A stretch of 46,156 nt of DNA from Promethearchaeia archaeon (GTDB taxonomy: Archaea; Asgardarchaeota; Lokiarchaeia; Sigyniarchaeales; SOKP01), in assembly GCA_029856125.1 (NCBI GenBank), contig JAHQWJ010000036.1, positions 1 through 46,156 of the forward strand, in the 5' to 3' direction. Below, in pieces: positions 18,894-28,834 of this stretch. A model generated the notes under the pieces. The model saw only the letters and a list, made by a program, of their open reading frames with translations. It was not told the origin of the DNA and did not search any database. Made by a program: the position numbers and the translations under genes. Each line of letters opens with the position of its first letter. Position 1 is the first letter of the stretch.

Positions 18894-19553
18894 TCAAATT
18901 GTAGGCGGGTTGAAAATTATATTAAAGGTGAGGTAAATACCAAAAACAATCATAAAAACACCACATCCTAATAAAACATATTTGTATATTCTTGGATTCA
19001 AGGATTTTCCGCCGTAATAAATGAATATAGAAAGAGGTAAATACCAGACTATATCTCCTAACTCGTGTCCTATAAAGAATACTAGCATCTCTATAGGCAT
19101 TAAAAGCGTGATATCAAAACTCACCATCAGTGAGAGCCCTATCACAGCCCACCAAAACGTCCAAAAAGGATTCGACAAACTAACTAAAATCCCGCCTACA
19201 TAACTATTCCCTTTATATCCTTTTACTATGTTTTCTTCGAGTGTGAAATTAGTTTCAAAATCAGTTTTTAAAACCCCTCTTATTGCAAAAATTCCATAGA
19301 TAACCAAGAACATTCCTCCTATAAATCCGACTAAAGTTAAAAAGATAATATTTTGGAAAATCAAGGAAGCTCCAGCAAGTAAGGCGATTATTAATGCAAA
19401 TTCTATTGTAGCATGTCCTAAAAGAATATAAATTGCTGCTAAATACCCTCTCTTTTGTTTTAGTGACTTATAAATTGTAAATGTCAATAGTGGCCCTGGC
19501 GATAACGCTCCAGTAAGAGCAACTAGAAAAGAAAAGATAAAGATCTCTAACAT
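18894..19553 (-). CDS. LysE-family translocator
   Basis: ALSPGPLL, GHATIE, SLSNPFWTFWW, multiple TMs. Confidence 0.88.
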   Translation of the reverse strand: MLEIFIFSFLVALTGALSPGPLLTFTIYKSLKQKRGYLAAIYILLGHATIEFALIIALLAGASLIFQNIIFLTLVGFIGGMFLVIYGIFAIRGVLKTDFETNFTLEENIVKGYKGNSYVGGILVSLSNPFWTFWWAVIGLSLMVSFDITLLMPIEMLVFFIGHELGDIVWYLPLSIFIYYGGKSLNPRIYKYVLLGCGVFMIVFGIYLTFNIIFNPPTI

Positions 19554-19579
19554 ATTTCAAACAGGTTTTAACTAAAAGT

Positions 19580-20164
19580 TTAATAATCAAATAATCGAGT
19601 GATTAACGCAACAATAACAAACACCACAACCAATATCGGAATCATAAAAACTAAAAACATATACGAACCCTTTATCATTTCACGGCGGAAAGATTTCAAT
19701 CCTTTTTCCCAATCTCGTTTCGTATTATCTTGCCAATTCTTTATATCTTCACCAATCTTCTTCTTTCTTGCTTCCCATTGTTCCTTAGTTTCCGTTTGTC
19801 TTTTTTCAAAGTCAGCATTCCATTCTTTTAGTTTAATTTCCCAAGAGCGTTGATTATTTTTAAAAAACTCGTTAATTTTTTCTAGATCAGCATCCCATAA
19901 ATCCACATTTTCTTTATGGGTCTTTGCTATTTCGGTTCCCCATTCTTTCATAGTAGCATCCCAATTTTCCTTAGCACTTTCAAAAAATTTATTAATCTTC
20001 ACTTGATTCTGATTCCACAATTCTGTATTTTTCTTAGTGCTTTCTTCAATACTTTTTTGGAAATTGTTGTACCCCTTTGTTATGTTTGAAACAAATTCGT
20101 TCCAACCTTTGACAACAATATTTTCTTTTACCTTATTCTGTTCAGATTTTTCTTTATCAGACAT
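19580..20164 (-). CDS. Tail-anchored Trp-rich amphipathic helical repeat protein
   Basis: Two ~40-aa internal repeats, regularly spaced Trp, single C-terminal TM, no signal peptide. Confidence 0.7.
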   Translation of the reverse strand: MSDKEKSEQNKVKENIVVKGWNEFVSNITKGYNNFQKSIEESTKKNTELWNQNQVKINKFFESAKENWDATMKEWGTEIAKTHKENVDLWDADLEKINEFFKNNQRSWEIKLKEWNADFEKRQTETKEQWEARKKKIGEDIKNWQDNTKRDWEKGLKSFRREMIKGSYMFLVFMIPILVVVFVIVALITRLFDY

Positions 20165-20357
20165 TATTAGATACGACTACTCATACTATTTTGATTATTT
20201 ATATTAGAATATATATCTTCAGTTCTATTTAAATTCACTATTTAGATGATTCTTTAAGATTATTATTCCAGAATACTCTAAATTCTTAAAAGGTTAATAA
20301 AAACATATAGCTTTCAGTTTAAAAACTTTTATTCGAGGAATTATTACATCAAACATC

Positions 20358-21731
20358 ATGGAGTTTGAAATTATAAAAAAAACCCCTCTCTATAATGCTT
20401 TATCAGAACAAGGAAAACGTATTTATTTGCCTCAGGGAGTTTTTCATTGGTCTGGAAGGGCAAAAAAGGAAGCAGAAATTATGGGTACGCTCGGTTCTGC
20501 CTTTGGTTTCGAGGAAGATTTTATTGAGGGAGGAGCTCCCGAATGGGTTCCGTTGTATTTAGAAGATATAAAAAACTATACCAAGTTTAATGTGAACGAA
20601 ATTGTACCGTATTCCAAGATTTCTGGCTTGGAGGATTTAAGAAAATCTTGGATAAAGTGGTTACTCAAAAAATCTATTTATAAAATAGATTCTGAACAAG
20701 AGAAGCTAAATAAACTTGAAAATTTTATTACTACACCAGTCGTCACAGCGGGAGTAACAAATGGGATATTCTTGTGCTGTTCACTACTCCTAAATCCGGG
20801 AGATTTTATTATATCACCTAACAAGAGATGGGGAAATTACGATAACATCGTTGAGAAATTAATCGGGGCTAAAATTAAATCGTTTGATTTCTTTTCAGAT
20901 AAAAAATTTAACGTCAATGGAATGAAAAACGCTATTTACGAAATATCAAAGGTTCAAGAAAAAATTATTATTATTCTGGGATTTCCTAATAATCCTACGG
21001 GTTATATCCCTAATCAGGAAGAATTGGAAGAGATAATAGACGCTTTAAAAGAAGCTCAAAAAACTATTTCTAAACCGATTATAATTTTAGTAGACGACGC
21101 GTACGAACCTTATGTTTATTCTAAGGAAGTTATTAATCGCTCGATTTTCTACGAATTGCACGAGCTAGAGGAGGATATAATTCCAATTAAGTTAGATGGA
21201 ATTACTAAAGAGCTATTACTTTATGGGGGGCGCATTGGATTCATTACATTTGGATTAAAACCTCACTGGGTTAAAAACTCGCAAGAATTAACAACTCTGA
21301 AAGCTGAAATTGACAACAAACTTTCTGGCATGCTTAGGACTACGATCTCAAACGCTAATCATTTTTACCAAAGCCTAATCCTTAAACTCTTTGACGATAT
21401 TGGTATGGACGGCGTGATAGAAAAACGAGAAAAAGTTATACATCTCCTTAAAGAAAGATATGAGAAAATCAACGCTGAGTTTAGGAAAATAAAAAATGAA
21501 AACATATCGGTAGATTCAAACGCCGGGGGTTTCTTTATATTTGTTAACTTAAACAACATTAGCGCTAACCACTTTGCGGATCACTTATTAAAAAAATACA
21601 AAGTTGGCGTGATCCCCATTGAAAAACAACATGATAACATTAATGGGATTAGAATCGCTTACTGCTCAATTGACGTAAGAAAGATTCCAGAGTTCGTAAG
21701 TAGAATTGATCAAGCATTAAGAGATTTTTAA
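20358..21731 (+). CDS. Class I/II PLP-dependent aminotransferase
   Basis: WGNY, FPNNPTGY, DDAY, DGITKELLLYGGRIGF, IRIAY. Confidence 0.9.
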   Translation: MEFEIIKKTPLYNALSEQGKRIYLPQGVFHWSGRAKKEAEIMGTLGSAFGFEEDFIEGGAPEWVPLYLEDIKNYTKFNVNEIVPYSKISGLEDLRKSWIKWLLKKSIYKIDSEQEKLNKLENFITTPVVTAGVTNGIFLCCSLLLNPGDFIISPNKRWGNYDNIVEKLIGAKIKSFDFFSDKKFNVNGMKNAIYEISKVQEKIIIILGFPNNPTGYIPNQEELEEIIDALKEAQKTISKPIIILVDDAYEPYVYSKEVINRSIFYELHELEEDIIPIKLDGITKELLLYGGRIGFITFGLKPHWVKNSQELTTLKAEIDNKLSGMLRTTISNANHFYQSLILKLFDDIGMDGVIEKREKVIHLLKERYEKINAEFRKIKNENISVDSNAGGFFIFVNLNNISANHFADHLLKKYKVGVIPIEKQHDNINGIRIAYCSIDVRKIPEFVSRIDQALRDF

Positions 21732-21852
21732 ATTAATTCTTCTATTTCCTATAAATTATCCCTTTTCTTTTATTTGTTTTTGCATGAAATTAAAAAGACT
21801 AATTCTTATCTTCTAAATATTAATTATAAAAATTTCTAAAAAAAATATCTAT

Positions 21853-22884
21853 TTGAGTGAAATTTATATGAAATTATTTTTAGTTGATCAAGGAAACTTA
21901 TCAGAAATTTCAAAACCAATATTTTCTATGGGAGACGTTTACGTTCTTGACAATGATAACACAATTTATGTATGGATCGGAAGTAAATGTAGCGTAGACG
22001 AAAAGACAGCGGGAGCTGCTCAAGCTCGAACTTTAGACCAGCAAAGAGGTGGGGCTGCTAAAATTATTACTGTAGATGAAAACCAAGAAAGCCCTGGTTT
22101 CATGAAAGCTGTTAGTTCGATGGGCGCTATGAAGGTTGTTGAAAAGAATTACGCAAAGACACTGTTAAAAGACGTATCTACAGGAGATTGGGCAGGATTT
22201 GAAGAGTGGAGCAACATTCTTTACCGTGTTTCGGCCGAAGAATTTGATGGCATTAATTCCATGAAAATGGTTCAAGTTCCTTTTTCCAAAGACTCGTTAG
22301 ACTCTGAAGATTGTTACGTTGCTGATTTAGGCAATAAGGTATATATATGGCAAGGAAAAACTTGTAATGTTAAAGAGAAAGTCAAAGCCGGTCAATGGGC
22401 GCGTAATATTGACACAGAGAGAGCAGGGTCTCAAAACGAGAAGATTTTCGAAGAGGGAGACGACGCTGAATTCTTAGCAGCAATAGATCGTGGCAAAGAT
22501 TATAAGGAATCTGATGCAGTTCAATTAAGAGCTGAATCTGTGTTAGAACCTGAAACTGAAGCAGATAAAAGAGCTGCAGATATACAACCTGAATTTAAAT
22601 CAGAGGTTGGAGAGGCAACTGTGGACGAAATAAAAGCAGATATTGCTCAACTTAAGGAATCAAGTGCCTCAAGTGCAGGTCCAGGAATCCCCGGTTCTAA
22701 AGACGACTCACTCTTAACTATCGAAAAACCTGAAGGTCGAAGAAGATGTCCTAAGTGTGCCGAAGAAAGTAAATCTATGATCCACGAGACTATTGATAAG
22801 AGCAATATAATCTTAGATTATCCACGCGTTTATGGCAAAAAATACAAGTGTGGAAGCTGTGGAATAGAATGGAGGGAGAAGTAA
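21853..22884 (+). CDS. Asgard two-domain gelsolin-like actin regulator with C-terminal zinc ribbon
   Basis: Two gelsolin repeats (GDVYVLD..TIYVWIGSKCSVDEK; LDSEDCYVADLGNKVYIWQGKTCNVKEK), acidic linker, CPKC...CGSC. Confidence 0.9.
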   Translation: MSEIYMKLFLVDQGNLSEISKPIFSMGDVYVLDNDNTIYVWIGSKCSVDEKTAGAAQARTLDQQRGGAAKIITVDENQESPGFMKAVSSMGAMKVVEKNYAKTLLKDVSTGDWAGFEEWSNILYRVSAEEFDGINSMKMVQVPFSKDSLDSEDCYVADLGNKVYIWQGKTCNVKEKVKAGQWARNIDTERAGSQNEKIFEEGDDAEFLAAIDRGKDYKESDAVQLRAESVLEPETEADKRAADIQPEFKSEVGEATVDEIKADIAQLKESSASSAGPGIPGSKDDSLLTIEKPEGRRRCPKCAEESKSMIHETIDKSNIILDYPRVYGKKYKCGSCGIEWREK

Positions 22885-22950
22885 CCCCAAAATAAGAATT
22901 AAAATAATATTTTTTATCTTTTTTTAAAATAAAGCTAAAACTAAAGATTA

Positions 22951-24228
22951 TTACGATTTCTTAATATCTCTACGCATAATTTTGATTTTTTTCTTTAACT
23001 CGATTAGTTCTTTCTCTTTGTTTTCAAGTGCAGATTCTATTTTGAGTTTCTCATCCTTAACATTTTGCATTTCAGTTAGTATTCGGTCTTCAATTTGTTC
23101 AGATTCGTCTATTTTATTTTTCAGAACTTTCTCTTTCTCTCTTATATCTTTGATTTCTACGATTTGCTCATCAATGACATTTCTTAAATTCATTATTTCT
23201 AATTCAAATTTTCCGGTTATGTTACCAGATTTTTCTTGAGATTCTTCCAATCGAGCTTGAATTTGATTGATAAATTCATCGTTCGTTAAGTTTTTTTGGG
23301 TTAATTTCTCTACTTCTAATACCAAGTTTTTGATGCGTTCTTCTTTTTTTTCTACATCTTTTTTTACGAGGCTAAAAGTTTCTAACTTCTGCTGTAAATC
23401 TTTTATTGATTGGGTTGCTGTTTGTCGTGTGTTTTCAAGATCGAAAAGTTCTTTCTCTTTTTCAGTGATAATCTCGTCTTTTTTTTCAAGTAATATCTGT
23501 TGCTTCTCGAATTTTGATTTTTGGATTGTGTCGTTCTCTAAATATTGAATTTGTTCCATTAATTCTTTTAACTTATTTTCTTTCTCAACCACTTTCTCAG
23601 CTAATTTTTTATTCGCTTCTTGTTCTGACCTTAATTTCTCTGTGTCAGATGATACAGCGTGAATTTTTTGTGTTTGATCTGCAACTATATTATTTAATCT
23701 CTCAAGCTCTGTAGTTTGGTTTTGAATCAGTTGATCTTTCTCTTTACTCGAAGTTTGGAATTCTAAAACTTTATTATTTTTATCTTCTAACTGAGATTTT
23801 AGCGTTTCGATTTCCTTTTCTTTATTTTGAATTGATAAGCTAATCTCTGAATCATTTACTTGAGTTTCATTTAAGAAATCAATTTTCGATTCGAGATCTT
23901 TTATTAACTCGTCTTTTTGAACAACTGTTTGCAGTAAATTATCAATCGTCTCATTGTTTTCTTTTGACAATTGAATGGTTTTTTCCTTATCGTGTTGAAA
24001 AGAACCTGCTAATGCTTTGAGGCTTTCGTTTTCTTCTTTAAGATCAGTTAATTCTTCAGTTAGTTTTTTGTTCTGTTCTTTAAAGAGATTTAGCTGTTCT
24101 TTTAACGATTCTTCATCGGAAATTGGGAGTTCTTGTTCTTCCTCTTTCTCTTCAATCCATCCTAGTGAACTTAATGCATCGACCATTGATGTGTCTTCTT
24201 CTTTTTGATCTCGTTGTTCATCAGACAT
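22951..24228 (-). CDS. Long coiled-coil protein
   Basis: Near-continuous heptad-type E/K/Q/L sequence over most of 425 aa; short acidic head with LSSLGW. Confidence 0.75.
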   Translation of the reverse strand: MSDEQRDQKEEDTSMVDALSSLGWIEEKEEEQELPISDEESLKEQLNLFKEQNKKLTEELTDLKEENESLKALAGSFQHDKEKTIQLSKENNETIDNLLQTVVQKDELIKDLESKIDFLNETQVNDSEISLSIQNKEKEIETLKSQLEDKNNKVLEFQTSSKEKDQLIQNQTTELERLNNIVADQTQKIHAVSSDTEKLRSEQEANKKLAEKVVEKENKLKELMEQIQYLENDTIQKSKFEKQQILLEKKDEIITEKEKELFDLENTRQTATQSIKDLQQKLETFSLVKKDVEKKEERIKNLVLEVEKLTQKNLTNDEFINQIQARLEESQEKSGNITGKFELEIMNLRNVIDEQIVEIKDIREKEKVLKNKIDESEQIEDRILTEMQNVKDEKLKIESALENKEKELIELKKKIKIMRRDIKKS

Positions 24229-24317
24229 ACTATTAAAAATAAAAAATTACTAGTATTAAAAATTAATGGAGTAAGATAATGCTATTTTTAAACCTACCAG
24301 CCTATTTTTTGATATAC

Positions 24318-24797
24318 TCAGTATTCTTTGGTGAATACATATTTTCTGTCTAAAAAGAATTTAGTTATGTACCCAATAGAAAGAGCTATTAAAAAGCCAA
24401 CCTCTAAAGGTGCACTAAAAATGTTTGTAAAGATAAATTGGATGCCGATATTTTCAATCGTAGTTAAAATAGCAAATCCAAAGTATTTGAAAAACTCTTG
24501 TGAAGTCTCTTTGACCTTTAGACTGGTTTTTTTGAAGACCAAGTATTTATCCAAGAAAAACTTAATGACATACGTTATTCCGACTGCTACGATAGAACCT
24601 ATTAGTTCAGGCATGTTTATAGGGCTTGTGGAACAATACAAAGCTTGAATAAAATCATTTCCTCCGAACACAGAACAGATAAAGGGAGAAATAGCAAGTT
24701 CATTAATTTTTTGTATTATGTAATTTAAGAGGATCATACACGCCGCAAATAAAAAATAGAGGATCATCTGTTTCTTAATAACATTTTTTTCTGCCAT
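24318..24797 (-). CDS. GtrA-family membrane protein
   Basis: Four TMs; duplicated KFFLDKYLVF / KFFLDRKYVF motifs; EFFKYF. Confidence 0.8.
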   Translation of the reverse strand: MAEKNVIKKQMILYFLFAACMILLNYIIQKINELAISPFICSVFGGNDFIQALYCSTSPINMPELIGSIVAVGITYVIKFFLDKYLVFKKTSLKVKETSQEFFKYFGFAILTTIENIGIQFIFTNIFSAPLEVGFLIALSIGYITKFFLDRKYVFTKEY

Positions 24798-24826
24798 TTT
24801 TAATCAGATGAACTTGGATTTATGTA

Positions 24827-25444
24827 CTATTTTTTAATTCGATCTTTCCATGTATCGTTCTTAGGTTGCCCATCGCTATCCTCTTGCTCAGGCGGGAGTC
24901 TATTAGGAATTGGTCTTGTTAACTGGAGATTACCTTGCTGAGATCCTGAACCCGGGGAAAGCATACCTAAAATTTCTTTTGCTTTTTTTCGCGCGTCTTC
25001 TTTACCAGTTAGTTTCCTATAAAGTCTTTTTATTCCATAGATAATAAGACTAAAACTGATAGAGAACAAGAAGTATACAGCAAACCAACCAGAACCGAAT
25101 ATCAGTATTGGAAACGGAAGCAGATTTTGATAGTATGGTGCGTAAATAACGCCTATCAACCCAAATATCCCCATAAAAATAATACATCTTACGCATGAGG
25201 GGATCATTTGCTTTTTCATCATTACTTTCGTTAATGCCATTGATTCTCGTTGAAGTTCAAACATTTCTTGAGCGTTTCCTGTAAGTCTGGCAGTTTTCAT
25301 TCGTTCTTGTAGGCTCTTTGATTTTTCTCTCATTTCTCTTGCAGCATCCATGTTTAAACCCATAACCCTATTGAGAATCTCGCTTAATCCAACCATTGCT
25401 AAAGTAATAAACATAATTTGGATAATAATTTCTTCGTTAGCCAT
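24827..25444 (-). CDS. DUF106 / EMC3-TMCO1 (Oxa1-superfamily) membrane insertase-like protein
   Basis: TM1, Met-rich cytosolic coiled-coil, then TM2/TM3 with GWFAVYFLFS. Confidence 0.8.
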   Translation of the reverse strand: MANEEIIIQIMFITLAMVGLSEILNRVMGLNMDAAREMREKSKSLQERMKTARLTGNAQEMFELQRESMALTKVMMKKQMIPSCVRCIIFMGIFGLIGVIYAPYYQNLLPFPILIFGSGWFAVYFLFSISFSLIIYGIKRLYRKLTGKEDARKKAKEILGMLSPGSGSQQGNLQLTRPIPNRLPPEQEDSDGQPKNDTWKDRIKK

Positions 25445-25678
25445 AATATATCACTATAAAGAGAAAAGTAAGATTAAAATTAAATTTTATTATTGGTAAT
25501 TAGCAATTTCCAATTGGATTTGCTTAGTTAAAACTGGGAACACTTTGTTGAGTTGTTTTAGCATTCCTACTATGTATCTTTGGATAGAAATAATTTACAA
25601 TGATGTCCTAATCGCTGGAAATCCATCTTATTTATAAAATTTATTTTGTAGAGTATTATAAAAAAATATTGTTCTGAT

Positions 25679-26014
25679 TTAAGCTTCCGTTCCGCAATTT
25701 TTACAAATATACAATTTAGCGTAAATCTTCATTCCACCTTGCTGAAATAATACTTGAGATTTATCTTCTTCCGTGTTGAATACTGTTCCCCCACATGCAG
25801 GACAAACTCTTCTTCCTTCTACGGGTGGTTTTATTAACGCTTTTTCCTCTTCCTCTTGTTTATCAACAACAGCAGAAGGTTTAATATATTCATCGTTAGA
25901 TGGAGCTGCCGAAGGCTTCGAATCAGTTTCAACTCCTTTAGCATCAAGTAGCAAATCAAGTTTTTCGTCTAGCTTTTTGAGCAAGGTTAATACTTTTTCT
26001 TCAAACTCAGGCAT
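25679..26014 (-). CDS. Small protein: short coiled-coil, linker and zinc ribbon similar to the gelsolin C-terminus
   Basis: FEEKVLTLLKKLDEKLDLLL; KPPVEGRRVCPAC...DKS...IYAKLYICKNCG. Confidence 0.8.
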   Translation of the reverse strand: MPEFEEKVLTLLKKLDEKLDLLLDAKGVETDSKPSAAPSNDEYIKPSAVVDKQEEEEKALIKPPVEGRRVCPACGGTVFNTEEDKSQVLFQQGGMKIYAKLYICKNCGTEA

Positions 26015-26153
26015 TTTAATTTTTCCTCGTTCTTTTCACTATTGATAAATAATTTTTATTAAATGATCTAAGACTGGTATTAAATATTTATGTAAAAAGT
26101 TAAGAAGGTGAATTTGTCAAAGTCGTTTAGAATCAGTACTTTAATCTTACGCT

Positions 26154-26447
26154 CTAGCTTGCAATTGGGGATTTTAATTTTCTTGGTTTTTTATGTTCAC
26201 CGGTTAATTCGAAATGTTTCTCGTTGTAGTAGGATTTAATGCCTAGTCCTATTAGAAAGATTGAAAATCCTAACCAAAATACCCAAAATCCTAGTCCTAA
26301 TACATAGAAAATTGTGAAATTATAATTACCCTGCGTTATAGAAGTGAAAATAATGCAAAAGATCGAGAATATCGATATTCCGGTTCCTAAAATTATATCG
26401 GTATACATTGATATTCTTTCGTTTTTTATTTTATCCCATTGTGGCAT
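26154..26447 (-). CDS. Small two-TM membrane protein
   Basis: 97 aa with two hydrophobic helices. Confidence 0.65.
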   Translation of the reverse strand: MPQWDKIKNERISMYTDIILGTGISIFSIFCIIFTSITQGNYNFTIFYVLGLGFWVFWLGFSIFLIGLGIKSYYNEKHFELTGEHKKPRKLKSPIAS

Positions 26448-26601
26448 AATATAATACTCGAAAAACTATAATTATTCTAATGATTGGCTAAATATTACCT
26501 TGATTATCTTAAATTGCGAATAAAAATTTACCGAAGAGAAAAACAATTAACTAAGTAGAAAAATGTATTATTGAAAAAATTAAATTAGTTTTTAAAAGAT
26601 C

Positions 26602-27057
26602 TCACTTACCTCTTCTATACCCTTGTATTGACTCGAAATAATCGAGTACCGACTCTTTTATTTCGATAGCAGGAAATATCAATCTTGATTTACTTACATA
26701 ATTCATCGCATCACTCCAGCTCCAATTTGGATTATTTTTTAGCATCCAAGCTACAATAATTCCTCCGCTTCGGGAAATACCCATTGCGCAATGAACTAAA
26801 ACCTTTCCATGTTCAATGTTATTATCTATAAATTCTAAAATCTCAGTAATGTTGCTATGCGGAGGGTACCATTCGTCGGGGAATCCTTTAAAGAGGTAAT
26901 TAAATCCTTGATCTGTAGGATCATAGTAATTTTCTTCCATTAAATTCACGATAGCAGTAATACCTATCTCTTTAAATTTCTCAAAGTTCAACCTTGGCCA
27001 ATACGCACCTATGTATAGGTTTTCATGCACCTTGTATATTTGATCCAGTTCTACCAT
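26602..27057 (-). CDS. Dual-specificity protein phosphatase
   Basis: VLVHCAMGISRS (HCx5R), NLYIG, GITAIVNL, general acid FPD. Confidence 0.92.
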   Translation of the reverse strand: MVELDQIYKVHENLYIGAYWPRLNFEKFKEIGITAIVNLMEENYYDPTDQGFNYLFKGFPDEWYPPHSNITEILEFIDNNIEHGKVLVHCAMGISRSGGIIVAWMLKNNPNWSWSDAMNYVSKSRLIFPAIEIKESVLDYFESIQGYRRGK

Positions 27058-27133
27058 ATAGTTTAATCCTATTTATGAAATTAAAATAATTCTGAGCTTA
27101 TCTATTTTTAAATATAAAAAAAGATTAGATTAA

Positions 27134-27514
27134 TTATAGTTTGGCTAAATCTCTACTAGCAATAAGATTTGAATCTAATTCGAGGATATTTTCGATCAAG
27201 ATATCTCCCATTTTTATTGGGGCTCTTACCACAGTTTTAGCAATCTCGTTTAGCGCTTCTCTTAATCTATCTTTAAGGATTGGCTTATCCGTTCTTACAG
27301 GAATCAAGGGTAAAAATCCATCCTCAACTCTAACGGTGGTTGTAAGAATCCTTTTGGGCTCATAAAATTCCTGTTTTGCGTATTCCAATCCTCTTTCACA
27401 GGTATATCCTTCAAATACTATATCGGAACCCTTTGGTATGGCTTGTATTTGGCAACCAGTAGGACATACTATACATCTAATTACTTTTACTACGCTCACA
27501 CTACTTTCACTCAT
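27134..27514 (-). CDS. DUF1667 small cysteine protein of G3PDH-like operon
   Basis: CIVCPTGC, GYTCERG, PKRILTTTV. Confidence 0.88.
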   Translation of the reverse strand: MSESSVSVVKVIRCIVCPTGCQIQAIPKGSDIVFEGYTCERGLEYAKQEFYEPKRILTTTVRVEDGFLPLIPVRTDKPILKDRLREALNEIAKTVVRAPIKMGDILIENILELDSNLIASRDLAKL

Positions 27515-27535
27515 TCTTCTCTCCTCCTATGATAA

Positions 27536-28834
27536 TTAATCCTCTTCTATTAATACCTCTGGTCGAGGAATAACTTCTATTGTGATAGATTTGCTTTTTG
27601 GATTCGCATTTGCTTCTTCTAAGTTTAAGTTCAATTCGATCATCTCACTCGGAATTACATATATCTTTTTTTTACTATAAATTACGTTTAATTCATCGTC
27701 TTTGAAATTTATTAAAACTCTTCTCGCTGGATACTTAACTCTGAAAGTAAAATGTATCTCTTTTGATATATCCGCTTTATTTATTACATCTGGCTTTACA
27801 TAACCCACATTTTCCCCAGAGACGCACTTAAATGTTTTTTGCTTCTTCAGTTCTTTGCCGTATCTCGTATCGAGATATTCAATTGCGTTTTTACCGGCTC
27901 TTTTAGCTTCAGCAGTTACCATATCCACCAAATCGTGAACTTGTAAAACATTTCCGCAAGCAAATATTCCCTCTATAGTAGTTTCTAAATTTTCGTCCAC
28001 AATCGGACCACCATTTTGCGATATTTTCGCTCCAGCATCTAGTGTTAGTTCGTTTTCGGGGATTAAACCTACAGATAATAGTAGCGTATCGCATTCAATA
28101 AATTTATCTGAGCCTATTATTCGATCGAAATTTCTACTTACTTTAGAGATGGTTACTCCTTTTATTCGTTCGCGTCCATGGATTTTGGTAACAGTATAAC
28201 CAGTGATAAGGGGGATATCGTAATCTTCTAAACACTGAACTTGATTTCGAAGCAGACCGCTAACATATGATTGTATTTCAACAACGGCTTTTACTTTACA
28301 TCCTTCCCATGTCAATCTTCGAGCCATTATCATTCCAATATCTCCACTTCCAAGGATTACATATGTATTTCCCGGTAGATACCCTTCAATATTTACGAAT
28401 CTTTGAGCCTGTCCTGCAGTATAGATGCCTGCAGGGCGAAAACCAGGTATATTTATCGCACCTCTAGTTTTTTCACGACAACCCATAGCTAAAATAATCG
28501 CTTTTGCTTTGACTTCAATTAGACCTTCGTTTCTATTAACGGCATAGACCAATTTTTCTTTTGTAATTTCAATTACCATAGAATCCAATAAATAAGGGAT
28601 TTTCAATTCTTTTACTTGGTTTATAAATCGTTGAGCATATTCAGGGCCAGTTAATTCTTCTTCAAATTCTTTTAATCCAAATCCATTGTGGATACATTGT
28701 AATGTTATCCCACCTAATTCTTTATCCCTTTCAATGATTAAAACTTCAAGACCAGCCTTTTTTACCTCAATGGCTGCTGCTAGCCCACCAGCTCCGGCAC
28801 CAATAACAACCACATCGGATTTGTATTTTTTCAC
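27536..28834 (-). CDS. FAD/NAD(P)-dependent pyridine nucleotide-disulfide oxidoreductase
   Basis: GAGAGG, LQCIHNGFG, LTGPEYA, GSGDIGMIMARR, ACGNVLQVHDLVD; 4-bp overlap with upstream gene. Confidence 0.9.
   Translation of the reverse strand: MKKYKSDVVVIGAGAGGLAAAIEVKKAGLEVLIIERDKELGGITLQCIHNGFGLKEFEEELTGPEYAQRFINQVKELKIPYLLDSMVIEITKEKLVYAVNRNEGLIEVKAKAIILAMGCREKTRGAINIPGFRPAGIYTAGQAQRFVNIEGYLPGNTYVILGSGDIGMIMARRLTWEGCKVKAVVEIQSYVSGLLRNQVQCLEDYDIPLITGYTVTKIHGRERIKGVTISKVSRNFDRIIGSDKFIECDTLLLSVGLIPENELTLDAGAKISQNGGPIVDENLETTIEGIFACGNVLQVHDLVDMVTAEAKRAGKNAIEYLDTRYGKELKKQKTFKCVSGENVGYVKPDVINKADISKEIHFTFRVKYPARRVLINFKDDELNVIYSKKKIYVIPSEMIELNLNLEEANANPKSKSITIEVIPRPEVLIEED

Noticed and set aside
19580-20164. 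SNARE call
   Set aside because: Tail-anchored, but Trp-rich periodic repeats rather than a SNARE heptad with a Q/R zero layer
22951-24228. SMC/Rad50 call
   Set aside because: No Walker A/B motifs, hinge or zinc hook; any similarity would be generic coiled-coil
25445-25678. Possible small gene or pseudogene in the intergenic gap
   Set aside because: Only short reading frames interrupted by stops, with no recognisable similarity
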